Notes under the pieces: generated by a model | Told to the model about the DNA's origin: nothing | The model's input: only the letters and a program-made list of their open reading frames with translations | The model's database searches: none | Shown: piece after piece, positions 25,914 to 38,300 of the stretch | Numbering within the stretch: the stretch's first letter is position 1 | Layout of the letters: each line of letters begins with the position of its first letter | Source of the DNA: Macrostomum lignano | Lineage: Eukaryota | Length of the DNA: 64,000 bases | Reading direction: 5' to 3' | Assembly: GCA_002269645.1 (NCBI GenBank) | Contig: NIVC01000044.1 | Location: forward strand, 119,498-183,497 | Program-made: the position numbers and the translations under genes

Positions 25914-28900
25914 GTAGTAGTAGTAGTAGTAGTAGTAGTGGAAGTAGTAGGATGATTCGAGTATTTGAGCAATATTCTCCATCAAATGCACTGCTAAATT
26001 CGAAGTACAGGTCGGCTTCGTTAAACATGCTATAAATTAAACAAATAAGTTTAGCAAATATTAATTTTTCATTGGGGATAAGCTTAGCAAAAATATAGCA
26101 AACAGATAACTAAAAACTCTATTTACACGGTGAACTTCACCCAAACAAATACCATAGCATAGGCAAACAGTTACACGCATTATGCGTTTAAAGTGGACAG
26201 GGGGTGAGAGGAGACGAAGAAGAGTGGGGGGAAAGAGAGGGAAATGGGAGAAGATCGAGGGGAAGGGAGAATAGGGGGAAGTGAGAAGAGGGGCGGAGAA
26301 GAGAATGAGAGGGGAGAAGAGGGGGAAGGGGAAAGAGAGGGAAAGAGGAGAAAAGAGGGGAAGGGGAGAAGAGAGGGGAAGAGGAGAAGAGAGGGGAAGA
26401 GGAGAAAAGAGGGGAAGAGGAGAAGAGAGGGGAAGAGGAGAAGAGAGGGGAAGAGGAGAAAAGAGGGGAAGGGGAGAAGAGAGGGGAAGAGGAGAAGAGA
26501 GGGGAAGAGGAGAAAAGAGGGGAAGAGGAGAAGAGAGGGGAAGAGGAGAAAAGAGGTGGAAGGGCAGAAGAGAGGGGAAGAGGAGAAGAGAGGGGAAGAG
26601 GAGAAGAGAGGGGAAGAGGAGAAGAGAGGGGAAGAGGAGAAGAGAGGGGAAGAGGAGAAGAGAGGGGAAGGGGAGTAAAGAGGTGGAAGGGCAGAAGAGA
26701 GGGGAAGAGGAGAAGAGAGGGGAAGAGGAGAAGAGAGGGGAAGGGGAGAAGAGAGGGGAAGAGGAGAAAAGAGGTGGAAGGGCAGAAGAGAGGGGAAGAG
26801 GAGAAGAGAGGGGAAGAGGAGAAGAGAGGGGAAGAGGAGAAAAGAGGTGGAAGGGCAGAAGAGAGGGGAAGAGGAGAAGAGAGGGGAAGAGGAGAAAAAG
26901 AGGGGAAGAGGAGAAGAGAGGGGAAGAGGAGAAGAGAGGGGAAGAGGAGAAGAGAGGGGAAGAGGAGAAGAGAGGGGAAGAGGAGAAGAGAGGGGGAGAG
27001 GAGAAAAGAGGGGAAGAGGAGAAGAGAGGGGAAGAGGAGAAGAGAGGGGGAGAGGAGAAAAGAGGTGGAAGGGGAGAAGAGGGAAACGAGGGAAGTCAAG
27101 AAAAGGAGAGGGAAGAAGAGACTACAAATCGGTAGCAGAAACAGGAGAGATAAGAGAAAACTGGGTGAGCTCTAGAGTAAAAATAATTCATCCTGACACC
27201 TGATTAAAGGCTCATAGGTGACACGGAGGGCGGGAAGCGGACACACGTACTCACTCCAGCGGCAGCAGAAAAAGTCGTGAATAAAGAAATAAAACAGATA
27301 CAACGAAGAAAAGCCAAAATAATTAAGGAGAGCGCGGGGACTTACAATCCACATCTTGGCGTGTTTTTCCGCCAATTCCTTCTGCACAGGAATTTGGATT
27401 AGAAAACAGGTAAACAAAGTTAATCAAAACTGATTAAATGGTTCGGGCTTGTAATTTTTAGGTAGCAAAACGAAAAGTAACCTTTAAAGCAAAAGTTAAG
27501 TCAAACCTAAACAATTGCGTTGTTAAAGTAAAGGCAACCAATACAAACAAAACGAAACTGGCAACTTGAACTGTGTTGCAACTTCAACTGGAACAGATAA
27601 TACCACACCGTGAATACCTACGATGTTGGTGAACAGTGAGATTATAGCTGTGATATTGGTAAATAGTGAGATTATAACTGTGATGTTGGTGAACAGTGAG
27701 ATTATAGCTGTGATGTTGGTGAACAGTGAGATTATAGCTGTGATGTTGGTGAACAGTGAGATTATAGCTGTGATATTGGTGAACAGTGAGATTATAACTG
27801 TGATGTTGGTGAACAGTGAGATTATAGCTGTGATGTTGGTGAACAGTGAGATTATAACTGTGATGTTGGTGAACAGTGAGATTATAACTGTGATGTTGGT
27901 GAACAGTGAGATTACAGCTGTGATGTTGGTGAACAGTGAGATTATAACTGTGATGTTGGTGAACAGTGAGATTACAGCTGTGATGTTGGTGAACAGTGAG
28001 ATTATAACTGTGATGTTGGTGAACAGTGAGATTATAGCTGTGATGTTGGTGAACAGTGAGATTATAGCTGTGATATTGGTGAACAGTGAGATTATAACTG
28101 TGATGTTGGTGAACAGTGAGATTATAGCTGTGATGTTGGTGAACAGTGAGATTACAGCTGTGATGTTGGTGAACGGTGAGATTATAGCTGTGATGTTGGT
28201 GAATAGTGAGATTATAGCTGTGATGTTGGTGAACAGTGAGATTACAGCTGTGATGTTGGTGAACAGTGAGATTATAACTGTGATGTTGGTGAACAGTGAG
28301 ATAATAACTGTGATGTTGGTGAACAGTGAGATTATAGCTGTGATGTTGGTGAATAGGAGATTATAGCTGTGATGTTGGTGAATAGTGAGATTATAGCTGT
28401 GATGTTGGTGAACAGTGAGATTATAACTGTGATGTTGGTGAACGGATAGCAATATGTTAGTGAACAAGTGAACGCTAAGAAGCATTATGTGAATAAATAA
28501 TAAATGCAAACAGTGACACGCGCTGGCTAGTGAACACTGTGCGTGAACATGTGTGAGCATGCCCTTCCGAGTGCATAGTCGTGGTAACTACATGAAATTA
28601 CTACATACAGTACTGTAATGTAAAATCAGTGTCAAGTTTACATACCTCGCGTCGCTCGGACAGGATCTTGAGATGTTGAACAGCTCGAACTCGCTGACTA
28701 ACCCGCTTCACCCGCTTCCAATCCTTGGTCTGCAGAACCGAATAATGCGAGCACAATGGCCGATGGCGCAGAAAATCTTCATTTAGTTTTCCCAACTGAC
28801 CGGGCACGCGGTCAGCCTGCTGCCAGCCGGATGGAAAACCTTCCAATAGGTGCGGCGCCGGACATTGCGTATCCGGGTGCCGTCGCTTCTCGATTAATAG

Positions 28901-31900
28901 ACTCTCTGCATTGGAATTTGCATTTAATATAACCTTGAAAAATAAGCGATATTATGTTTACTTTTCTACTTATAGTAGGTGAAATGATTAACACCATTAA
29001 ATAGACGCTTCCATTCGACTATCTAGTAAGTCGCGATGGCCGAGTGGTTAAGGCGTTGGACTCGAAATCCAATGGGGTTTCCCCGCGCAGGTTCGAATCC
29101 TGCTCGCGACGAATTTTTTTACGGTCTATTTTTTAGAGAAGTTGTAATATTTTATAATGCTGACCGAGAATACTATAAATGAAGAAGATCATGCAGCAGC
29201 AATCATCGTGACAATAAAAACATTAATATTTATAGTACTAGTGCTAGCTCTTATGCTTTATTTCTCTCGTATCGTTTTGCTGTTTGAGTTTTCAGCTAAA
29301 GATAAGCCGGGCAAATCCCTGAAGTCCAAAAGTCGGGTCGCTGTATGCTCGCTGCACTGTTGCTACGCCTTCTCTTCCCTCTTCCTTGCAAATTCCTGGC
29401 TTCCCTATTCACTCGAGTTGAGCTAAGGCCTAGGAGAGACGCTCATATGATGATAAGTCCCAAATAAAATAGGAGCGGCAATGAAATGCATTCAGACAAA
29501 CTCGCTTTTATAGACCCTTTCGATCCCCCGTCTTATCTGAGCACCCGTTGCCTCCCTCTCTATAATAGTCTATATTTCATCAGTTCTGTACACACAATAA
29601 TCGATCCATACCAAATACCATCGCATCAACTCAACTCCCGTCTTAGATAGAATTTCGAATAACAACTAACTTAGTTCAGAAATGAGGAAAAGTATAAAAC
29701 ACAAGTTCGGCCATTGGTTTTATAAAAGTTAGAAAACGATTCCTATATAGTCATGAATCTATATGCCATCAAATATTTCAACGTAATTTCAACTTGAAAA
29801 AATAATTTGTCCATATAATTTAGCCCTTTATAAAGTAGTTTTCGATACATATCGGCATTATAAAAATGCCTTTTCGCACTTTTTTTAAACCAGAAAAACC
29901 TTTATGAAATAACAGAATACTACTAGGGCATATAAAAAATAAAATGCCGAAGTAATAGCGTCCTGTTTGAAAAAAGACCAATATTGAATTTAGAATAGCC
30001 TCTTTTCACATAATTTTAAACAATGCGCAAATTATACTACTACCCACTCGCAACCCTTAGAAGAAATTAAGGGTTCATCAGCCCGGTAGTCAGACGGACT
30101 AGCATATATTGGACTGCTTGTCACCTGATGGAATGCAGAAACTGGGGATAGGAAATATTTAGGAATACTAGACTATGCACTACAGCAGAGCATGGTCAAC
30201 AAAGGATATGTAAATTGCTGCGAGGCAGAACCCATTTATAAAACTAACAAGATATTAATCTATCCAAGCGAAAGAGAAAGTTCTGTTTCTATTTTTATCC
30301 AATATTATTACTATATAGTAATTGCGAATTCATTCGAATGTGGAAGGCTGGAAAAATGACTATATGCATAGGCTACATAGCCTCCTCTTTACCTAAAAAA
30401 CCTCAGGTAGGTGCAACAGATGCGCAAAAGCGGGTTTTCCAATATGAAACATTCCACAGACGCTAGGAAATCGAACTGTGACTAAGCTAACATTGAAAAC
30501 AATAACTAAGTATTCTAACAATAACTAAGAGAATATTTATATGACGAATCAGTTTATTTATCTACTACAGTCATAGTTACTCCCGCCGTTTACCTCGAGT
30601 CATACAGGAAACCTATATTTTCTACTATTCAATCATTCATTCTATCGAAGCTCTTTCACCCCCTGACAACAGGCGCAAAGCGACCGCAGGATAGATTATA
30701 TTTAGTAATATTATTACGAGTATTATCGTGCAAGTTGCTTAGAATGGGACAGCGCTTGCAACCTGATGATGGATGCTGACTGACCCCGACCTGGAATGAC
30801 CTCAACAGCAACACTGCGCCTATACACACGCTCGGGTCTGAAAAAGGGAAGTCTGAAGTCTCTCATTTCTTTCTGCACTACTGAGGAAATTTGGGGAGAA
30901 AAGGTTTCATACATCCCCCACACATTGTGGCAAACTGCAGTAAACACAAAATCTCACAAATAGACGAAAATCAGATTCAAAATCCTCGCCCGTACAAATC
31001 TCTCCCCAAGATTAACAACCCAACAAATCTCTCCACAAAATAAAAAAGACAGATCTCTCCTTTAAATGAAAAAATCTCATCTATAGATAGACAGGTCTGA
31101 AATCTCACCTAAAGATTAATTGACCCAAAATCTCATCCTTAGACTCATAGGACTCGAAACCTCACAAACATTGCCTTTTCAAACTATAAATCTCCATATA
31201 TCACTCAAAGGCAAGCGACACCGAATCCATAATTTATTTTGCAAATCTCTACTAGGATAAAAAAGATGAAAAGGAAAAGTTCAATCTGCGCTGTAATAAC
31301 TTTCTATACATATCGGTAGACACAAAACTACTACTAACCAGACTCGGGTATGCAGGCCACAGGCTGGTAGATTTTCATGCCCAGCCGGTCCGCGTTGGGG
31401 CCGCCTTCAAGCCGCTGCTGCTGCATTTTGCGCTGCTCGATTCTATCGTGAAATAGTCGCAAGTTCGAATCCTCCTGATTCGATAGCTTGGACAAAATCT
31501 TCAAATCTAGCAGAGTGGCAAACATTTGCGTCTCGAGAAACGGCGACAAGAAGGCGAGATAAGCGTTGGGGAAGTCGTTGACGAAGGCGCTCTTGTCGAA
31601 TTTGTTCGTGTCCCGGCCGGACACCATGTCGCTGACGTCCTGCTCGCCGTCCTTTACGTACTCGTCGTAGTCCTTGAAGGCGGTTGGATGAGGAGTGCTG
31701 ACGGATTGGAGGAAAAGCTCAGAGATAAGCAAAATTCAGACACTAAGACTGTCTGAGTCCTTTGTTTGGGCGGTGTCTTAGAAAGACAGACAGACGGACA
31801 CTAGGACAGCCAGAGCTGCCAGACCGATACTAAGACAGACATACAGACAGATAGACAGACAGACAGACAGTCAGACAGTCAGACAGACAGACAGACACTA

Positions 31901-31948
31901 AGACAGACAGACAGACACTAAGACAGACACTAAGACAGACAGACAGAA

Positions 31949-31989
<41 letters not shown>

Positions 31990-31992
31990 GTC

Positions 31993-32023
<31 letters not shown>

Positions 32024-32180
32024 TAGACAGACAGTCAGACAGACAGACAGACACTAAGACAGACAGACAGACACTAAGACAGACACTAAGACAGACAGAC
32101 ACTAAGACAGACAGGCAGACAGACAGACAGACACTAAGACAGACACTAAGACAGACAGACAGACAGACAGGCAGACAGGC

Positions 32181-32225
<45 letters not shown>

Positions 32226-32228
32226 CTA

Positions 32229-32269
<41 letters not shown>

Positions 32270-32296
32270 CTAAGACAGACAGACAGACAGACACTA

Positions 32297-32385
<89 letters not shown>

Positions 32386-35300
32386 CACAGACAGACAGAC
32401 AGACAGACAGACAGTCAAGAGCAACACTTAAGAGCAACTCTGTTAAAATTCCCCGTGCTTCATCAATATCCTGGAATTCAGAAAGAATCAGCTACAGACG
32501 AACGGACTAATGCAAAACAGGTGACCGGCTTTACAAGACTAGAGAAATCTAAAAGTTCAAGCAGGCCATAAACATGATCACATTTCGTGAACGGTATCAG
32601 CAGTTTTCAAGACAGACAAACTCTATCGAGGGTCGCATAAAACACTTGGAAAGCCCGTGAACTGCGCAAATTTCCTGGTGAACAGAAATTTTGCCAGCTC
32701 GCCAGCTTTGCAGGAAAACAAAAGCGGATGGAAAGGAGAAATTCTGCTGCTTATGTACTTTAACATTGATTTTAGGACAGATGGGCACACTTCTTTAGAG
32801 TTAGAGAGGCTGCAGTGCGAAGATTATGGCTAGAAAAATGTTATGATTTAAGAGAGAGCCGTGTCCACCAGCTTAACTCTGATCTTCCCTGAGCTAGATG
32901 GAACTGACCTGAAACCACATGCCCACATTTTTCTAAGACCGCACTGGACATCTGAAATCCCACTCTCTGAGGAAAATTAATTGAACTTTTCTTCTTTCTG
33001 CTTGAAGCACTGTATAGGAGGGCTAGCATGGAGCAGCCCTCAGGGTTGGATTGGGGCGATTCTCAGGGTTGGATTGGGGCGATTTTCAGCGTTGGATTGG
33101 GGCGATTCTCAGGGCTGGATTGGGGCGATTCTCAGGGTTGGGTTGGGGCGATTCTCAGGGCTGGATTGGGGCGATTTTCAGCGTTGGATTGGGGCGATTC
33201 TCAGGGCTGGATTGGGGCGATTCTCAGGGTTGGGTTGGGGCGATTCTCAGGCTTGGATTGGGCCGATTCTCAGGCTTGGATTGGGCCGATTCTCAGGGTT
33301 GGATTGGGGCGATTCTCAGGGTTGGATTGGGGCGATTCTCAGGCTTGGATTGGGCCGATTCTCAGGGTTGGATTGGGGCGATTCTCAGGGCTGGATTGGG
33401 GCGATTCTCAGGGTTGAATTGGGGCGATTCTCAGGGCTGGATTAAGGCGATTCTCAGGGTTGAATTGGGGCGATTCTCAGGGTTGGATTGGGGCGATTCT
33501 CAGGATTGGATTGGGGCGATTCTCAGGGTTGGATTGGGCCGATTCTCAGGGTTGGATTGGGGCGATTCTCAGGGTTGGATTGGGGCGATTCTCAGAGTTG
33601 GATTGGGGCGATTCTCAGGGCTGGATTGGGGCGATTCTCAGGGTTGGATTGGGGCGATTCTCAGGGTTGGATTGGGGCAATTTCTCAGGGCTGGATTGGG
33701 GCGATTCTCAGGGTTGGATTGGGGCGATTCTCAGGATTGGATTGGGGCGATTCTCAGGGTTGGATTGGGGCGATTCTCAGGGTTGGATTGGGCCGATTCT
33801 CAGGGTTGGATTGGGGCGATTCTCAGGATTGGATTGGGGCGATTCTCAGGATTGGATTGGGGCGATTCTCAGGGCTGGATTGGGGCGATTCTCAAATTGA
33901 ACCAGAGACACGGAAAGAAATTCGAAATGAAATAGACCTGTACTACGACAATCAGCAGACACTGCGACTCACCTGCAGCAGGAAGGCGAAGTGATTAAGG
34001 AAAATCTCTCGCATGGCATTGTTAAACTTCAGCATCGAATGGTAGCGCTTCTCGTACATCTCCTCGTTTGGCGAGGCCGACTTTTTCATCATCAGAGACG
34101 ACGACGTCGTTGCAGTCGAAGATGGCGGCGGAGTCGCCGAGTCGCCGGGGCGGCCAGCCGCGGGGTCAGCTGCGCCAGTCTTGGCGCCAGTCGAGTTGTT
34201 ATTGGAAGAGGCATTGGCAGCGGCCGCGGCCGCCAGCCGTTCGGTGAGATTCTCCAGCGACACATTAGCGGTCCTAGCCAGCATGTACACGTGCTCCAGG
34301 GTGTCGCTGCGATTGAAGCCGTCAGCGGCGGCGGCGGCGGCGGCGGCGGCAGCAGCAGCGGATGCCGACGCAGAGGCTTGCAGATTGGCTTCAGAATGTA
34401 CGCTGTGCCGATAGGAGCTTCTAGTGGAACTCATGCCACTGTCCGCGTCAAAACTCTGCGACTTGACGATGCCGCCTGGCGCCGCCGCGGGTGCAACACC
34501 GACTGCGGCAGCGGCTTCGGCGCCGGACGGACCAGCTTGATGATGATCGGTGTCGCCCGAAGGGCCCAGAGACAGCCTGGACATCTGCTGCTGCTGCTGT
34601 TGTTGCTGCTGCAGTTGGTTCCGCCAATCAGAGGCTAGATGATCATCGCAGTCCACCGGGTACAGTCTCAGGATGTTAGTGATTTCCTGTTTCAGTTCGC
34701 GTTCGTTTGGCAACTTCGGCAGATCGTCGGGAGCTTTCACCCGGCGCTGGTCGATGTAGACGAAGCACACGTTTGCCTGGAGAGGGCGGGACAGGGAGTG
34801 AAAATCTCACAGTATTTTTAGTAAGCAGGCTACGCCCTTCGTGTAGAGTGAATTTTAAACTAGACGCTCACCTCGCTAGGCAGGTGAACATCCTCAGGAT
34901 CTTCGTCCTCTTGCAGACGGAGTCCCATAATGAAGGGCACGGGCGCCTCCAGGAAGTGCTTCAACGAGGCCGGCAGTATTGGCACGTAGACGTGGGGCCA
35001 AACGAAAGGAAATAGCAGGGTAGTGATGGACTCGGCGACCAGGATCAGATTGCGGTAGTCTGCGAGTTATCAAACCAAACCAAGATAGGGATATTTATGA
35101 ATACAAGGATTTCAGAATCAGTAATAGTAAAGTAATTTATAATGATGATTTATAAAGTAAGCTAAATGGGCTGCAGCTGAAAGGTGAGGAGAGATAAGAA
35201 GAGACGAGGGGAGATAAGAGATGGGAGAAAAAGGGAAGATAGATAAGAGAAAGGAGATAAGAGATGAGATAAGAGAAATGAGAATAAGAGGTAAGATAAG

Positions 35301-38300
35301 AATCAAGAGAAGAGACGAGAGATAAGAGACAAGAGAGATGAGGGATGGATGAGAGGAGCGGGGAGGCAGCAAGTAGGAGGGAAATTGGGATAAAAACATG
35401 ATTCACACACCACAAAACTATGAGGGTTGTCAGAAAAGTTCTGTGTATTAGAGAATAGCTCAGCTCTATGAATAGCTGAAGAGTTGGGGTTGTAGCCATG
35501 GATATATACATATATAAAGAGTTGCTAGCTTCAGTCTTAGAGCACCAGATCATTTCTAGCCTGTGTAGGAGTAATTATTCAACCACACCCATGGCGCATT
35601 CGGTCCCGCGAGATAGTTTTTCTAAACGCGACAATCGAGCGATCATCAAGTTTCATGGCCTTCAGGGGCGTTCAGCAACCGAGATTTTTGAAGAAATGCG
35701 GCAGACCATAGGAGACTTTTGCCCATCTTATGAGACGATTCGCCGCTGGGCTATTGCCATTCGCAACGGCAAAGAAGACCTCGACGACAAGCCACGCAGT
35801 GGACGACCAACGAGTGCTCGGCCTGACAGCCTGGTGAGTCAGATGGAGGCAGCCGTGTTGCAGGACTGGAGACTGACCACCAGGCAGCTGGCTGATGCCA
35901 TAGGGGTGTCCCACGACTCAGTCCACAAGATCCTGACCGAGGACCTTGGGATGCGCAAGGTCTGTGCCAAGTGGGTGCCGCATCTGCTCACTGACGATCA
36001 GCGGGCTCGGCGGGTCGCCATGTGCGCATCCAACCTGCAGCGGTGTCGGCGGGAGGGCATGGCGTTCCTGCAAAGGATCGTTGCCTGCGACGAAACCTGG
36101 GCGCATTCTTGGGAGGCGGAGTTGAAGCGGCAGAGTGCCACATGGTGCAGGCCAGGTTCTCCGCGACCTCAAAAGGCCATCTGGAGCATCGGCCAGCTGA
36201 AGGTCATGCACGTGACTTTCTTCGACCGGGAGGGTCTGTTGTTCGATCAGCCTGTGCCAGTGGGGCAGACGGTCAATGGTGATTTCTACCTGTCGGTTCT
36301 GGTGAAAGTTCGGCGTGCCATTCGGGACAAAAGGCCTGCACTTCACGCGGCTGGCCCGATTCTGCTTCACGACAACGCAGCCCCGCACCGAAAGCAAAGC
36401 GTGCTGGCTACGATCGAGTCGTGGGGGTGGCAAATTCTTCCGCATCCGCCTTATTCCCCGGACTTAAGTCCATGCGACTTTTTCCTCTTCCCTCGCATCA
36501 AGGAGTCGAAAGGAAGACGTGAATCGGGCCTACAAGGCTGGCATTGCCGCCGTGACGAACAATGGCATGACTGCAGGCATTGATGGGCTGGTGCGGCGTT
36601 GGGAGAAGTGCAGTGAAGCTGAGGGCTCATACTTTGAGTGAATAGATGTTAAGGAAGACATTTGTAACTTTTCATGTTTCTACTGTTTATCGTTCTCAAG
36701 TTATTACAATATGCACAGAACTTTTCTGACAACCCTTCGTAACTCACCCTCGGAGAACAGCACAACCCGGTACTCCAACAGTACGCAGGTGTAAACTTGC
36801 AGCAGATTGTCCAACTGCAGCATATCAACCAGATGTCTCAGGCTGAACTCGAACGGCGGCAGCTCGTGCTGTCCGGGACTGTGCGCCAGCAGGTCGCGAT
36901 AGACGCCGCGAAATGCAACTGAACGGCCGGCTGGCGGCAGAGGCACCTCGAACAGCAGGTTGTACACGTACGACTCCAATGGCAGAGGCGGAGGCCTGGG
37001 CCAACGGACAGCCGATAGCAGATCCCAGAGCCAGTGCTCCAGCGAGTGCAACAGGGGAGCTCTGGTCAACAGGCCGACGGCTTTGGCGGCGAACAGCCGG
37101 TCGGAGGTCTCGCTGTAGCAGTTCAACGAGTGCAGCGACACCGTGTCCATCGCGGCTCGAGATTCGTAATCAACAAAACCGGTGGCTCGCTCTTGAGAGT
37201 AGATCGATTGCAGAGTAGATATTGCGCTGGTCACCTGGCTGGCGCTCACCTCCTCGTAATAGATGATGCACACGCCGTGTACTCGAGTACCGTCCTCCCG
37301 TGTGATCAGGAAATGGTGCGCCACGGGATGGGCGGCCTCTGTGCTGCGGTCTGTGCGCAGCGTCAGGCCGTGCGGCATCGTCATCTGCGGGTTGGATGCC
37401 AGTTCCCATCTCACAGTCTGTCAGTTCCAATCTCACAGTCTGCCAGTTCCCATTTCACAGTCTGTCAGTTCCAATCTCACAGTCTGCCAGTTCTCATCTC
37501 ACAGTCTGTCAGTTCCAATCTCACAGTCTGTCAGTTCCGATCTCACAGACTGTCAGTTCCAATCTCACAGTCTGTCAGTTCCAATCTCACAGTCTGTCAG
37601 TTCTGATTTTACTGTCTGTCAGTTCCCATTTCACAGTCTGTCAGTTCCCATCTCACAGTCTGTCAGTTCCGATCTCACAGCCTGTCAGTTCCAATCTCAC
37701 AGTCTGTCAGTTCCCATCTCACAGTCTGTCAGTTCCGATCTCACAGACTGTCAGTTCCAATCTCACAGTCTGTCAGTTCCCATTTCACAGTCTGTCAGTT
37801 CCCATCTCACAGTCTGTCAGTTCCCATCTCACAGTCTGTCAGTTCCAATCTCACAGTCTGTCAGTTCCAATCTCACAGTCTGTCAGTTCCAATTCTACAG
37901 TCTGTCAGTTCCAATCTCACAGTCTGTCAGTTCCCATCTCACAGTCTGTCAGTTCCGATCTCACAGCCTGTCAGTTCCGATCTCACAGACCGTCAGTTCC
38001 CATCTCACAGTCTGTCAGTTCCGATCTCACAGTCTGTCAGTTCCAATCCCACAGTCTGTCAGTTCTGATCTTACAGTCTGTCAGTTCTGATCTTACAGTC
38101 TGTCAGTTCCAATCTCACAGTCTGTCAGTTCCAATTCTACAGTCTGTCAGTTCTGATTTTACTGTCTGTCAGTTCCCATTTCACAGTCTGTCAGTTCCCA
38201 TCTCACAGTCTGTCAGTTCCGATCTCACAGCCTGTCAGTTCCAATCTCACAGTCTGTCAGTTCCCATCTCACAGTCTGTCAGTTCCGATCTCACAGCCTG

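Noticed and set aside
30760-30845. Possible C/D snoRNA (TGATGA...CTGA)
   Set aside because: No terminal stem, no rRNA-complementary guide recognised, and antisense to the host intron.
30723-30947. ORF considered as the missing RUN1 exon
   Set aside because: No match to the RUN1 motifs and wrong position in the gene order.
32898-32957. Possible extra DENND5 exon between the GACA and 23-bp satellites
   Set aside because: The candidate AG..GTCAGT segments are 58 or 43 nt, which do not preserve frame, and show no DENND5 similarity.
35498-35590. N-terminal extension of the mariner ORF (MDIYIY..)
   Set aside because: Probably open 5'UTR; the typical transposase starts at ATG 35591.
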